Below are positions 18,269-28,362 of a stretch of 64,000 bases of DNA, piece by piece. Position 1 is the stretch's first letter. Every line of letters starts with the position of its first letter. The stretch lies in contig CBDESU010000002.1 of the NCBI GenBank assembly GCA_965242695.1, forward strand, positions 608,001 to 672,000. The letters are read 5' to 3'. Position numbers and translations under genes: made by a program. The DNA comes from Cenarchaeum sp. (GTDB taxonomy: Archaea > Thermoproteota > Nitrososphaeria > Nitrososphaerales > Nitrosopumilaceae). The notes under the pieces were generated by a model. The model ran no database searches, was not told where the DNA came from, and saw only the letters and a list, made by a program, of their open reading frames with translations.

Positions 18269-19486
18269 CTAGATGCCGTCGGGGTAGGCAGGGTTCTTCC
18301 AGCGGCCGCGGTACCTGCTCGTCTCGCTGCCCGTGCCCGCCCGCGGGTGGTTCCACCACACCTTTGGCGAGCGCGCCTCGGCGTCGATCCTTTCCAGGGC
18401 GCGCACCATCCGCGCCGAGCAGTCGGGGCGGCCGTACGGGTTCTTCCAGCCGCGGCGGCTGCGGCCGAGCACGGTGCGGGCCGCCTCGACGATGTGCCTG
18501 CGCACCACCCCGGCGACGATGTTGGAGCCGGCCTCGACGGTCTCGGGCCTCTCGGTGCTGATCCGCGCCGTCACGCACGGCACCCTGAATATGCAGGTGT
18601 CCTCCTGGACTGTGCCAGAGTCGGTCACGCAGCACATTGCGTTCTTTTCGAGCTTTGAGAACTCTAGGAACCCAACGGGGTCCATCACGCGCACGCCGCG
18701 CGGCACCCTTGCGCCGAGCCGCCTGATCGACTCCTGCGTGCGCGGGTGCGCCGGGAACACGACGGGCGCGCCGTACGTGCGGGACAGCTCGCCGAGGGCG
18801 CCGAGTATGGACGACAGCGGCCGGCGCGAGCCGACGTTCTCGGGGCGGTGGGCCGTGGCCAGAAAGTACCCGCCCCTCTCGAGCCCGAGCTCGTCGAGGA
18901 CGGGGCTCTTGTCTATGCGGCCGGCAAAGTCGGTCAGTACCTCGTAGATGGGCTTGCCGATGCGGTGTATGCGGTGCCGTGCGATCCCCTCGCCGAGCAG
19001 GTTCGCCTCGGTGCCGCGGGTCGGCGTGAACAGATAGTCCGAGATGCTGTCGAGCAGGCGGCGGTTCTTTTCCTCTGGCATGCGCCAGTCGCCGCTGCGC
19101 ATGCCCGCCTCGAGGTGGACGACCTTGACGCCCATCTTTGATGCGACGATCCCGGCAAGGGCTGGGTTTGCGTCCGAGAACGAGAATACCAGGTCGGGCT
19201 TTTCGCGCGCCAGGACGGCCTCGAACTTCCGGGCAAGCTCGGCGAGCTGCTCGGCCTGCGTGCCCGACCCGATGCCGAGGTGGTAGTCCGGCTTTGGAAA
19301 GCCGAGCTGGTCGAAGAAGAGCCCGTTGAAAAAGTAGGAATAGTGCTGGCCCGTGTGCACGATCTTTAGGTCTGCCTTCCGGCGGCGCAGGCGGCGCACG
19401 AGCGGCTCGTAGTTTATGATGTCGGGGCGGATGCCGAGGACTATGACGTACTTTGCCCGCACGGGCGGCGCGGGGCGGCGTTTCAA
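18269..19486 (-). CDS. wecB: UDP-N-acetylglucosamine 2-epimerase (non-hydrolysing)
   Basis: GIRPD, HTGQHY, HLEAGMRS, MPEEKNR, HRPEN, TDSGTVQE and TERPET. Confidence 0.93.
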   Translation of the reverse strand: MKRRPAPPVRAKYVIVLGIRPDIINYEPLVRRLRRRKADLKIVHTGQHYSYFFNGLFFDQLGFPKPDYHLGIGSGTQAEQLAELARKFEAVLAREKPDLVFSFSDANPALAGIVASKMGVKVVHLEAGMRSGDWRMPEEKNRRLLDSISDYLFTPTRGTEANLLGEGIARHRIHRIGKPIYEVLTDFAGRIDKSPVLDELGLERGGYFLATAHRPENVGSRRPLSSILGALGELSRTYGAPVVFPAHPRTQESIRRLGARVPRGVRVMDPVGFLEFSKLEKNAMCCVTDSGTVQEDTCIFRVPCVTARISTERPETVEAGSNIVAGVVRRHIVEAARTVLGRSRRGWKNPYGRPDCSARMVRALERIDAEARSPKVWWNHPRAGTGSETSRYRGRWKNPAYPDGI

Positions 19487-19529
19487 TATATCCCTCGCGC
19501 CGGCCGGGGAGGCGTGCGGGCCCCGCCGT

Positions 19530-22224
19530 GCGAGAGCTCAGGTCTTAGGGCGGGCCGTGGCGGTCGACTTGGCGGCGGCACTGGAGAAGAGCGGCAGGGG
19601 GCGGAGAACAGGCCATGTGCATGCCCGCCGCGCGGCGGCTGGGGCGGGACGCATCAGCCTGCCATCAACCCGCGGCGCCGGCAGGGAGGGGGGCAGGGGC
19701 CGCCGAGGACGCGGCCGGATCCTGCCCCCGGCCTGCCGGCTTCCTTCATCCGGCGCCGCTGCTCCTTGCCCCGCCGCCGCCCGGGGGCATCCATGCCGGC
19801 GGCTCCCCTGCCGGCGGCCCGTCGAGTATGTTCCAGCTGGGATCGGCAATGGCGTAGGTCACGGCCCTGCCCAGCGACATGCCCCGCCTTCCGGCATTGG
19901 CCGCGATCGTCATCTTTCCCGACCCGACGACCATGCCGCGGTGCCCCTTGAACTGCACGTGCGCATCCATGTACCGCTTTGCGACGTTGCGTATGACCCT
20001 CTCCACGTCGTTCGAGTGCGCCGGCATGCCGTCGACCTGCGTGTGGTAGAACAGGCACGGCATCGCATTCTCGTACCGCGTCCTGACAGGATGCTTGTCC
20101 CCGTACCCCTCGAGTATGGCGCACATCGCGCGCTGCAGGGCGAGGGCCACGATCGGGGGCGCCGTGTCGATGCGCGAGCTGACCCTGTAGAGGCACAGGA
20201 GGCCAAAGTACGTGGTCGAGTCCCTGCGGTACCCCGCGATCTCTTTGGCGGTCGGCCTGCGCCCCGACCGCGGCCGGGACGGCGGCGGCGGCGGCGGCGA
20301 TCCCGATGCCGCGTCGCGATCAATTATTCCCGCAAGCCCGCCGCGCCTCGGGCGCCGCACCCCTCCTGCCGCCTTCCCCCTCTTTTTGAGCGCAATGTCT
20401 CCAGCCCGCGGCGGCCGCGGAAGGGAGGCAGGCGGGAGGGGCGCGGCGGCATCCGGGTGGCCGGAGGCGGCGGGCAGGATCGAGCGGATGGCCTTGACAG
20501 TGTCTCGGCCGCATCCGCCGCCGTCGGCCGGCTCGACAGACGGCAGCTCGGCGCCGTCCACCAGCCGGACGCCCGGACTGGACCTGATCATGTCGACGAG
20601 CGGGGGGATTACGGCCCTCTCGACGGCCCTGAACTCGGCGCCGGGGTCTATGCCGGCCTCTTCGGCGTAGTCCCCAAACAGGGTGAGCCACACGTAGACG
20701 GGCTCTTCGGCGCTGCGCAGGTTGTGCACCGAGTCGGACTGCCTGTTCTTGTCGGGGTAGGCGCCGTGCTCGTCCGTGACCTTTGGGAGGCTCCAGATCG
20801 GGCCGAGCGCCTCTTCGAGCGATGCCGCAGATCTGCTCGGGGCGGCCGTGATCAGCACGGCATCGCCGCTGCACGCGGCCACGATGTACGCCCACCTGCC
20901 CATGCTGCGCGCCATGGTCTCGTCGATCACGGCGTAGCCATTGGCGCATATGCGCTCGACTATCCGCGGGATCAGGTGGGCCGCGGCGTCCATGCTCGCC
21001 GACACGGCGTTGGCGACCGCATTCTCGGACACGTCGATCCCGTAGTACCACCGGATGTAGTTGGCCGCATCCTGGTAGGACATGTGCTCGGTCAGGTCCA
21101 GCAGGCGCTCCCTGATGATCGCGCCGAGCGCCGTTCCGGGGATCGAGATCGGCGTGCTCGCCTTCCAAGGCAGCCCGCACGCCGAGCAGCAGCCGACCTC
21201 GAGCTTTAGCGCTACGGCGCAGCCTCGCCCGACGCCGCCGATCCGGACGGCCTCCCTGGCAAGGTCCTGCAGGCGCCTGCCCCTGCCGTTGGTCGCTTCA
21301 AACTCCAAGAGCCATCCTCCGATCAGGTCGTAGAGCCGCTTGACGGCGTACCCGATTACGACATAGTCGGCGCCGCAGCACCACGAGGGCCCGAGCGGGA
21401 CGGCCAGGGTGCACTCGGTCTTTGTGCTGTTCGACTTTCCCGGGCCGCGGCGGCGGCGTCTGGAGGGCGCCGCCGGTTCCGCCACCGCCGTCGCCGCCTG
21501 GGATTCGGCCCCCTTTTTCCTCCCCCTCCTCCCTGCCGCCGCGCCGCCGCTGTCGCCGCCCCTCCGCCGGCTCCCGCTTCCCTCCAGGCCCCGCTCCGGC
21601 GAGTCCGCGTTCATGTCCCTGCCGCCGCCGCCGCTGCCGCCGCCCCTCCGCCTGCCGTCGTCCCCCTCGTTGTACGATCCGATCTTTGCGCGCAGCCTGT
21701 CGCGCTCCCTGTGGCATATCGCCCGCGACGAGGTTGGGCTGTTGGGGTTTTCATGGCGCCGGAGCAGGGTGCGCATGCCCTCTACATCCTCCTCGAGCCT
21801 TCTGCATCTTTCCGACAGCTCGGCGCTCGTACCGGCCGAGGTGGCCAGTGCCGTCTTCTGCAGGCAGCAGGTGATCCTCAGGCCGTCCCGTTCCGCGGTG
21901 ACCTCCGACAGATTGGACACAAGCTGGCGGATGGTCTCGTTGAGGGTTTCCGTCTCGGCGTCATGCCTGCGGTGCACATTCGCAAGCTCCCTGCGGAGCA
22001 GGGTGACCTCGGACGGCGATCCCATGGCCGCGCGCCGAACCAATTTGATCGATAAAGGTTTGGATCCTTGGCGCCAGGTTCGGGTGCCCGGCGCCGCCGA
22101 ACTGCCGCAGCCGCGGCATGTCGTCGGCAGGCTGTGCCAGTGCACCTGCCACCACCTGCAAGCAGCCTCGCCCCCCCCCCCCTCCGTCAGGCGTCAGTGG
22201 CATGGGTGAGACCTGAGCTCTCGC
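19530..22224 (-). mobile_element. IS66-family (ISBst12-like, single ORF) insertion sequence
   Basis: Inverted ends gcgagagctcaggtctta (19530-19547) and tgagacctgagctctcgc (22207-22224) match at 17/18. They are flanked by the direct repeat cccgccgt (19522-19529 and 22225-22232). Boundaries could shift by 1-2 bp because the repeat can be extended to 12 bp. Confidence 0.88.
19746..22025 (-). CDS. IS66-family DDE transposase
   Basis: N-terminal coiled coil, NPNSPTS, Cys motifs, VIDET, VTDEHGAY, HNLR and SNDVERVIR. Start at ATG 22025. Confidence 0.82.
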   Translation of the reverse strand: MGSPSEVTLLRRELANVHRRHDAETETLNETIRQLVSNLSEVTAERDGLRITCCLQKTALATSAGTSAELSERCRRLEEDVEGMRTLLRRHENPNSPTSSRAICHRERDRLRAKIGSYNEGDDGRRRGGGSGGGGRDMNADSPERGLEGSGSRRRGGDSGGAAAGRRGRKKGAESQAATAVAEPAAPSRRRRRGPGKSNSTKTECTLAVPLGPSWCCGADYVVIGYAVKRLYDLIGGWLLEFEATNGRGRRLQDLAREAVRIGGVGRGCAVALKLEVGCCSACGLPWKASTPISIPGTALGAIIRERLLDLTEHMSYQDAANYIRWYYGIDVSENAVANAVSASMDAAAHLIPRIVERICANGYAVIDETMARSMGRWAYIVAACSGDAVLITAAPSRSAASLEEALGPIWSLPKVTDEHGAYPDKNRQSDSVHNLRSAEEPVYVWLTLFGDYAEEAGIDPGAEFRAVERAVIPPLVDMIRSSPGVRLVDGAELPSVEPADGGGCGRDTVKAIRSILPAASGHPDAAAPLPPASLPRPPRAGDIALKKRGKAAGGVRRPRRGGLAGIIDRDAASGSPPPPPPSRPRSGRRPTAKEIAGYRRDSTTYFGLLCLYRVSSRIDTAPPIVALALQRAMCAILEGYGDKHPVRTRYENAMPCLFYHTQVDGMPAHSNDVERVIRNVAKRYMDAHVQFKGHRGMVVGSGKMTIAANAGRRGMSLGRAVTYAIADPSWNILDGPPAGEPPAWMPPGGGGARSSGAG

Positions 22225-22273
22225 CCCGCCGTGCCGCCTGACTTTTTATATTTCGGCCCGGACGGCGCGCGCG

Positions 22274-22846
22274 ATGGAGGGCGGGCACCTGCAGGAGGGC
22301 GGCAGGGGGTACAGGGTGTTCCTGTACGTCTTCTACGCGTGCGCCGCCGCCATGGGCACGATCGCCGCGTATGGCGCGTACGCGATGCACGCCGAGTGGC
22401 AGCAGACCGGCACGTACGTGATGGGCGAGGTGCTCAACACGACGGTCGTTCCGTTCGAGAACTTTGCGCGGCTCTCGACGTGGCTGTTCTTTGCGGCCGT
22501 CATCAGCTGGTACTGCGTCTCCAGGATAGGCTGGACGAGGACGACGGAGGGCAAGATCCCCGGCGCGCGCATGGCGCTGCTGCAGCTCATGCTGCTCGGC
22601 TTTGCCATAATCTGCCTGTACGAGGTGCTCTGGAACTTTGCCGTCCTGAACGCAAAGATCGCCGCCGGCGTCGCGAACGGGGCCGTCCCCGACATCGACC
22701 GGCTCAGCGTGGCGTACCCCGACGAGGCGCGGCCGTGGAACCTGATATTTGCCACCAAGATATTCCTGGCCGGCTTCCTGATCAGCGCGCATGCGTTCTA
22801 CCTGAGCACGAGGCCGCGCAAGCGGCCCGGCCAGGGCCAGGGCTAG
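22274..22846 (+). CDS. Membrane protein (thaumarchaeal-type hypothetical)
   Basis: Four hydrophobic segments and YPD..RPWNLIFATK. TATA-like tttttata at about 22242. Confidence 0.75.
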   Translation: MEGGHLQEGGRGYRVFLYVFYACAAAMGTIAAYGAYAMHAEWQQTGTYVMGEVLNTTVVPFENFARLSTWLFFAAVISWYCVSRIGWTRTTEGKIPGARMALLQLMLLGFAIICLYEVLWNFAVLNAKIAAGVANGAVPDIDRLSVAYPDEARPWNLIFATKIFLAGFLISAHAFYLSTRPRKRPGQGQG

Positions 22847-22880
22847 GCCGGACAGGGGCGCCGGTGGGCGGAGGGCCGGC

Positions 22881-23114
22881 TCAGGGACCCCGGCGGTTGA
22901 CGGTGAGCGTCGAGCGTATGCGGTCCATCTTGTGGACGTTCCACGTCAGGAACTCCTTGAGCTTTTCGATGTTGGACACCTCGATCTTGGCGAGCAGGTC
23001 GTACGCGCCGTACGTGTGGTCGACCCAAACGACCTCCTCCATCTCCTTGAGCTTGTCGGCGACCTCCTCCTCGGCGCCGAGGTCGCACTTTATGAGGGCA
23101 TAGCACACCGTCAC
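22881..23114 (-). CDS. Lrp/AsnC ligand-binding-domain protein
   Basis: YALIKCDLGAEEEV...TYGAYDLLAKIE...IRSTLT. Confidence 0.88.
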   Translation of the reverse strand: MTVCYALIKCDLGAEEEVADKLKEMEEVVWVDHTYGAYDLLAKIEVSNIEKLKEFLTWNVHKMDRIRSTLTVNRRGP

Positions 23115-23199
23115 GGCCGGCCGCGGGCGGCGCACTATTTCAAAGTGTCGGGGGGCGGCCACCCACGGTTTATAGGCGCGCCGGCGGGGCCCTGCGCGC

Positions 23200-24258
23200 G
23201 TGGACATAGACTCTAGGCTGGCCCTCGTCATGCGGCCGCCTACCGAAGAGGTCGTCACCGAGGCCGAGATGAGGGCCCTGCTCGAGTCCGAGGCCGCCCC
23301 CCGCCACTACATAGGGCTGGAGGTGTCGGGGTTCCTGCACCTGGGCAGCCTCGTGAGCACGGGCTACAAGATCAACGACCTGATCGAGGCCGGCGCGAGG
23401 TGCACCGTCTTCCTGGCCGACTGGCACACGATGATCAACGACAAGCTCGGAGGCGACGAGGGGCGCATCAGAGAGGTCGCCGCGTACTACCGCAGCGCCT
23501 TTGCTGCCGTCTGCCCCGGCGCGGACATACGGTACGGCTCGGACCTGTACAAGGACAACCCCGAGTACTGGCGCGAGCTTGTGAGGTTTGCGGGGCACAT
23601 GTCGCTGGACCGCACGCGGCGGGCCCTGACGATCATGGGGCGGTCAGAGGCCGACTCCAGGACAGACCTGGCAAAGCTGCTGTACCCCGCCATGCAGGCA
23701 GTCGACATCAGGTTCCTCGGTGTGGACATCGCTCACGCGGGGATGGACCAGCGCAAGATACACATGCTCGTGCGCGACACGTTCCCAAAGATGGGCTGGA
23801 AGGTGCCCGTCGCGCTGCACCACCGCCTGCTCCCGGGCCTGTCCCGGCCGGCGGAAGGGGAACAGGAGGCCGGCGCCGCCGGAGCGCCCGGCGCGAAGAT
23901 GTCAAAGTCGAGCCCCGACTCGGGCATACTAGTGCACGACACGGCCGACCAAGTACGCTCAAAGATCAAGAAGGCTTGGTGCGAGGAGGGGCGCACGGAT
24001 GCAAACCCGCTGCTCGAGATGTGCAGGCAGATACTGTTCAGGTCGGGGCCGATGCGCATCGAGCGCCCCGACAGGTTCGGCGGCGACGTAGAGTTCGGCT
24101 CGTACGAGGAGCTAGAGGCCGCGTTTGGCGCAAAAAGGCTGCACCCGTCCGACCTGAAGGGGGCCGTCGCCGGCGCGCTCGCGCCGATCGTCGAGGGAAT
24201 CGCCGCCAAGGCGCCGATGAGCGAGCGGGTGCGGCGGATAATAGAGGGAAGGGACTAG
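23200..24258 (+). CDS. tyrS: Tyrosyl-tRNA synthetase (archaeal type)
   Basis: YIGLEVSGFLHLGS, LYPAMQAVDI, GMDQRKIH and KMSKS. Confidence 0.96.
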   Translation: MDIDSRLALVMRPPTEEVVTEAEMRALLESEAAPRHYIGLEVSGFLHLGSLVSTGYKINDLIEAGARCTVFLADWHTMINDKLGGDEGRIREVAAYYRSAFAAVCPGADIRYGSDLYKDNPEYWRELVRFAGHMSLDRTRRALTIMGRSEADSRTDLAKLLYPAMQAVDIRFLGVDIAHAGMDQRKIHMLVRDTFPKMGWKVPVALHHRLLPGLSRPAEGEQEAGAAGAPGAKMSKSSPDSGILVHDTADQVRSKIKKAWCEEGRTDANPLLEMCRQILFRSGPMRIERPDRFGGDVEFGSYEELEAAFGAKRLHPSDLKGAVAGALAPIVEGIAAKAPMSERVRRIIEGRD

Positions 24259-25052
24259 GCCTGCGCGGAAGACGGCGGCTCGCCTCGCAGGGCGTACTTT
24301 GACGTGTACCCGCGCGGGTTGATCATCATGTCCTTGTAGTTGTACGTCGACGAGTTGCCGACTATGACGGTGCTGATCATGCCGAGCTTGTCTGCGTGCT
24401 CCTCCATGCGGCCAAGGTCGGTGAGCACGACAGACTGCGAGCTGCGGAAAGCCCCCTTGATGATGGCCACCGGCGTCGATGCGGCGCGGTGCTCGAGCAG
24501 TATGCGGCGCGCATCGCGCAGCTGGTGTATGCGCCTCTTGCTCGACGGGTTGTATATGACGACGACAAAGTCGCCGCGGGCGGCCGCCTCGACCCTCTTT
24601 GCGATGATCTCCCACGGCACGAGCAGGTCGCTCATGCTCAGGACGGCAAAGTCGGTCATCAGCGGCGAGCCGATGATGGACGCGCACGAGTTGAGCGCCG
24701 ACACGCCGGGGACGACCTCTACGGGCAGGCTGCCCGACTGCGGGTCCCACCCCATCTCGGCGAGCGTCTCGTAGATGAGGCCGGCCATGCCGTATATGCC
24801 CGGGTCGCCGCTGGAGACGAGCGAGACCGTCCTGCCGGACATGGCAAGGTCGATGCACTGCCTTGCCCGCTCCACCTCCTGCGTCATGGCGTAGCGGTAC
24901 ACGTCCTTGCCGGCGATCAGGTCCTGCACGAGGTTGACGTACGTCTCGTACCCGACGATCGTGTCGCTCTCCCCGATGGCCTCCTTGGCGCGGAACGTCA
25001 TGTGGTCGTGGTGGCCCGGCCCGACGCCGACAATGTACAGCTTGCCGCCCAT
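24255..25052 (-). CDS. cobJ: Precorrin-3B C17-methyltransferase
   Basis: LYIVGVGPG, VSSGDPGIYGMAG, DFAVLSMSDLLVPW, YNP and NPRGY. Confidence 0.95.
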   Translation of the reverse strand: MGGKLYIVGVGPGHHDHMTFRAKEAIGESDTIVGYETYVNLVQDLIAGKDVYRYAMTQEVERARQCIDLAMSGRTVSLVSSGDPGIYGMAGLIYETLAEMGWDPQSGSLPVEVVPGVSALNSCASIIGSPLMTDFAVLSMSDLLVPWEIIAKRVEAAARGDFVVVIYNPSSKRRIHQLRDARRILLEHRAASTPVAIIKGAFRSSQSVVLTDLGRMEEHADKLGMISTVIVGNSSTYNYKDMMINPRGYTSKYALRGEPPSSAQA

Positions 25053-25112
25053 GTGTCGCCGCATTGCGGCGGCGGCTATTTTACCGTTGGGGGCTGCGGT
25101 GGTGCGGCGCGG

Positions 25113-26717
25113 CTAGGGTTTGTCGCCGTCATCGCCGGTGCCAGCATCGTCTGCATCGCCGGTGTCGGCATCGCCGGTGTCGGCATCGCCGGTGTCGGCA
25201 TCGCCGTCGCCGCCGCCTCTTTCCCCCGAGCCGCCCTGGAAGGGGTCGATGACGGGGCTGTTCACGACAAAGTCCCTGTTGAGCGGCAGGGCGAGCGTTA
25301 CGGCAATGTCCTCCGAGCCCTCGAGCGCCTCGACGTCGGCGACCGTCTGCAGGACGGACGCCTCCTGCTCGTCGGCCCACTTTGCCACGTACAGGTGCAT
25401 TATCGGCGTGTACGAGTCCTCGCCGGGCGCGGCCGTCGATATGCCCGGCTGGAAGCCGAGCTGGCCCTGCCCCCGCACGCCGTTGCCGAACTCGTACGCA
25501 TCGGCCGCGGCCCCCGTGCCGACGAGCTCGGCGAGCAGCGGGGCCGGTGCGGCGCCCATCGCGCCGGCCGGCCCGCCGGGCGAGGCGTCCGTCACGATCC
25601 GGTATATGGTCCGGCCGTCGGGCCCCCACGCGCGGTGCGCGATGAACGTGGCCACCTTGGACTGCTCGTCGAGGCGGGCAATCTGCGCGCCGTCGTACGT
25701 CTCGTTGCCGATCACCTCGTACCCGTCTGCGCGCACGGCCATCTGCCCGCCGTCCCACTTCACCTGCGGCATGTTGGCCACCACCCCGATGCGCTCGACC
25801 GTCACGCGGCTGTCGTTGCGCGCGCCGAGCACCTCTGCCTCGGACGACAGGACCGACGGGCGCTGCCCGATCTTCCACGAGACCTCGCTGACCTGGCGGA
25901 GGGCGCTGTACTCGCGCGGCTGCCCCGGCGTGCTAGAAAAGACGTCGTCCTGGTAGCCCCGTACGCCGCCGCCCTCGACGCCGTTGGTGAACACGTACAC
26001 GCCTGATACGGCGTCATCGGGCGCGCCGCCGAGGGCCGGCGCATGCTCGACCCGCCACCCCTGCCTCTGCGAGACCATCTCGGCGTACTCGGCCCCGCTC
26101 GCGTCCGTCATGGCGTACAGCAGCCCCGTTCCGTTGTAGAGGCCGGCGTGCAGCGGCAGGTAGGCGGGCACGGCCCCCCTTGCAAGCTCGAGCCGCGGGG
26201 GGCCGGCATCCACCGTGACGGTCCGCATGACGACCTCGGTGGGCGGGCCGCGCACCCACCCGTCCAAGGTCGCAGTGGCCGCAAACCTGCCCGCCGTCGA
26301 GTACAGGGCCACGGCGGCCCCCGTAAACTCGGCCGATCCCGACCTGCGCGGCCCCTCGTGCAGCGACAGGGCGTAGTGGGCCTCTCCGTCGACCGTCCAT
26401 GTCGGCTGCCCTGCCCTCTCCTGCCCGTCTGCCAGCTCGTGGAGGACCATCACGCCGACGGGCCTGCTCGCCGCGTACGTCATCGACCCGTCGAATATGC
26501 TGCCCCCGCTCGGCGAGACGAACATTGCGATCTGCGTGCCGTTGCGCCCCATGCCAGGGTCGGCCCAAGAGTCGAGCGTCTGCGTAAAGTGGAACTTTTT
26601 GGACGGCGGGCGGGCAGAGGCCGCGTCGGACTCGGCCGTGAGCGAGGCCGCGGCAGCGGCCGCAACGAGCAGGGCCGCGGCAGCGGCTACCGCGGGCACG
26701 ACGACGGCCTTTTTCAC
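25113..26717 (-). CDS. Secreted protein with two internal repeat domains (thaumarchaeal type)
   Basis: Signal-peptide-like N-terminus and duplicated Y..TDAS...Y.F.NGV.G.G..G.Q...YS/TP modules. The acidic tail has 15-bp DADTG repeats. Confidence 0.75.
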   Translation of the reverse strand: MKKAVVVPAVAAAAALLVAAAAAASLTAESDAASARPPSKKFHFTQTLDSWADPGMGRNGTQIAMFVSPSGGSIFDGSMTYAASRPVGVMVLHELADGQERAGQPTWTVDGEAHYALSLHEGPRRSGSAEFTGAAVALYSTAGRFAATATLDGWVRGPPTEVVMRTVTVDAGPPRLELARGAVPAYLPLHAGLYNGTGLLYAMTDASGAEYAEMVSQRQGWRVEHAPALGGAPDDAVSGVYVFTNGVEGGGVRGYQDDVFSSTPGQPREYSALRQVSEVSWKIGQRPSVLSSEAEVLGARNDSRVTVERIGVVANMPQVKWDGGQMAVRADGYEVIGNETYDGAQIARLDEQSKVATFIAHRAWGPDGRTIYRIVTDASPGGPAGAMGAAPAPLLAELVGTGAAADAYEFGNGVRGQGQLGFQPGISTAAPGEDSYTPIMHLYVAKWADEQEASVLQTVADVEALEGSEDIAVTLALPLNRDFVVNSPVIDPFQGGSGERGGGDGDADTGDADTGDADTGDADDAGTGDDGDKP

Positions 26718-26782
26718 GGGGGCCGGCCCGGCCCAATGGTTAAATTTTTTTGTCCTGCGCCCGCCGCGCCGCGGCCGCCGCG

Positions 26783-28348
26783 CTAGCCCCCGCGCGCCCC
26801 GGCCAGCCCGAACTCGTCGTGCAGCACGCGCACGGCCGACTCGCAGTCGGCATCCCTGACGACGAACGCCAGGTTGAGCTCGGACGATCCCTGCGTGATC
26901 ATCACCACGTTGATCCCCTCGCGCGCGATCGAGCCGAACACCTGCGAGGCGACGCCGACCGCCCCGCGCATCCCCGAGCCGATCAGGGCCACGACGGCCA
27001 CGCCCGGCGTGACCTCGACCTTCTTGATCATGCCGCCGAGCATGTCCCTCTCAAGGGCGGCCACGGCTCCGTCCATGTCGCGCCTGCTCACCACCATGCT
27101 TATGCTCGACTCGGACGGGTTCTGCGATATCATCGTAACATTGGCGCCCGCGCCGGCAAGGGTCGAGAATATCCTGGCCGCCGTCCCCGGCTCGCCGGCA
27201 AGCTCGTCGCCGCGCACGTCAATGAGCGCGCTGCCGCGCAGAGTGCTGATGCACTTGACGGGCCCCCCATTGGCGGCGGCCGCCGCGGCCGCGGCCGGGT
27301 CGGCCACGACGAGCGTCCCGCCCGGTTGCGCCGCGCCCGGCGGCCGCGCCCGGCCGGCGCCCGGCCGGGCTGCGCCGCGCCCCCTGCCGCCTCTGGGGCC
27401 GCCCGTCGAGGAGCTGCGCACGCGCATGGGTATGCCGCTGCCGAGGAGCGGCTCGAACGTGCGCGGGTGTATCTGCTTTGCGCCAAACATCGCCATCTCC
27501 ATGGCCTCCATGTACGAGACGGTCGGCAGGACGCGCGCGCCGGGCACGATCGACGGGTCTGCCGTCAAGAGGCCGTCGACCTCGCTCATCAGCCATATCT
27601 CGCCGGCGCCGATGCACGCGCCGACCGTCGTGGCCGTATAGTCCGAGCCGCCGCGGCCGAGGGTCGTCACGCGCCCGTGCTGGTCGGCCCCGACAAACCC
27701 GCCGACGACGGGCATCGTGCCGCCGTCAAGGAGCGGGCCGAGCGCCTTGGAGACGCGCAGCCGCGTCGTGTCCATGAGGAGGCGCGCCGAGCCAAAGTTC
27801 GAGTCCGTTACGATGCCGGCCTCGTTGCCGGCAAGGTGGACTGCCGCGGCGCCGGCGTCCCGCACCGCGTGCGCCATCGTCCTGGCCGAGAGCCTCTCGC
27901 CGAACGAGAGCAGGTAGTCCATCGAGCGCGGCGTGACCTCGCCTAGCAGCGACATGCCGTCGACGAGCTCGTGCAGGTCGGAAAAGTCGCGCTGCAGGCC
28001 GTCTAGCAGGCGCCGGCGCTCGGCGGCCCCCTTCACCGACTCGCGGGCAAGGCGCCGGCTGCGCGCGACTATCCTGGACGCGGCCTTTGCGGCGCCGGCG
28101 CGGTCGCCCCTGCGTATGCGCGCCGAGACGGCGATCAGCTCGTCGGTAATGCCGCTTGCCGCCGAGCACACCGCGACCACCTCGCCGGCGGCGCCGGACG
28201 CATCGGACGCAAGGAACGAGGCGGCCTCGCGCATGCGCGCCGGCGTGTCTATGGATGCGCCGCCGTACTTTACGACGAGCCTGCCGAGCGGCTTGTTTCC
28301 GCCGTCCGGCGCCGCCCGCCCCCGAGCCCCGCTGCCGCGTTGGCGCAA
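26783..28348 (-). CDS. lysC: Aspartate kinase
   Basis: VVKYGGAS, TTLGRGGSDYTA, VDGLLTADP, GAKQIHP and two ACT domains. The start position is uncertain. Confidence 0.95.
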   Translation of the reverse strand: MRQRGSGARGRAAPDGGNKPLGRLVVKYGGASIDTPARMREAASFLASDASGAAGEVVAVCSAASGITDELIAVSARIRRGDRAGAAKAASRIVARSRRLARESVKGAAERRRLLDGLQRDFSDLHELVDGMSLLGEVTPRSMDYLLSFGERLSARTMAHAVRDAGAAAVHLAGNEAGIVTDSNFGSARLLMDTTRLRVSKALGPLLDGGTMPVVGGFVGADQHGRVTTLGRGGSDYTATTVGACIGAGEIWLMSEVDGLLTADPSIVPGARVLPTVSYMEAMEMAMFGAKQIHPRTFEPLLGSGIPMRVRSSSTGGPRGGRGRGAARPGAGRARPPGAAQPGGTLVVADPAAAAAAAANGGPVKCISTLRGSALIDVRGDELAGEPGTAARIFSTLAGAGANVTMISQNPSESSISMVVSRRDMDGAVAALERDMLGGMIKKVEVTPGVAVVALIGSGMRGAVGVASQVFGSIAREGINVVMITQGSSELNLAFVVRDADCESAVRVLHDEFGLAGARGG

Positions 28349-28362
28349 CGGCGGCAGCCCCG

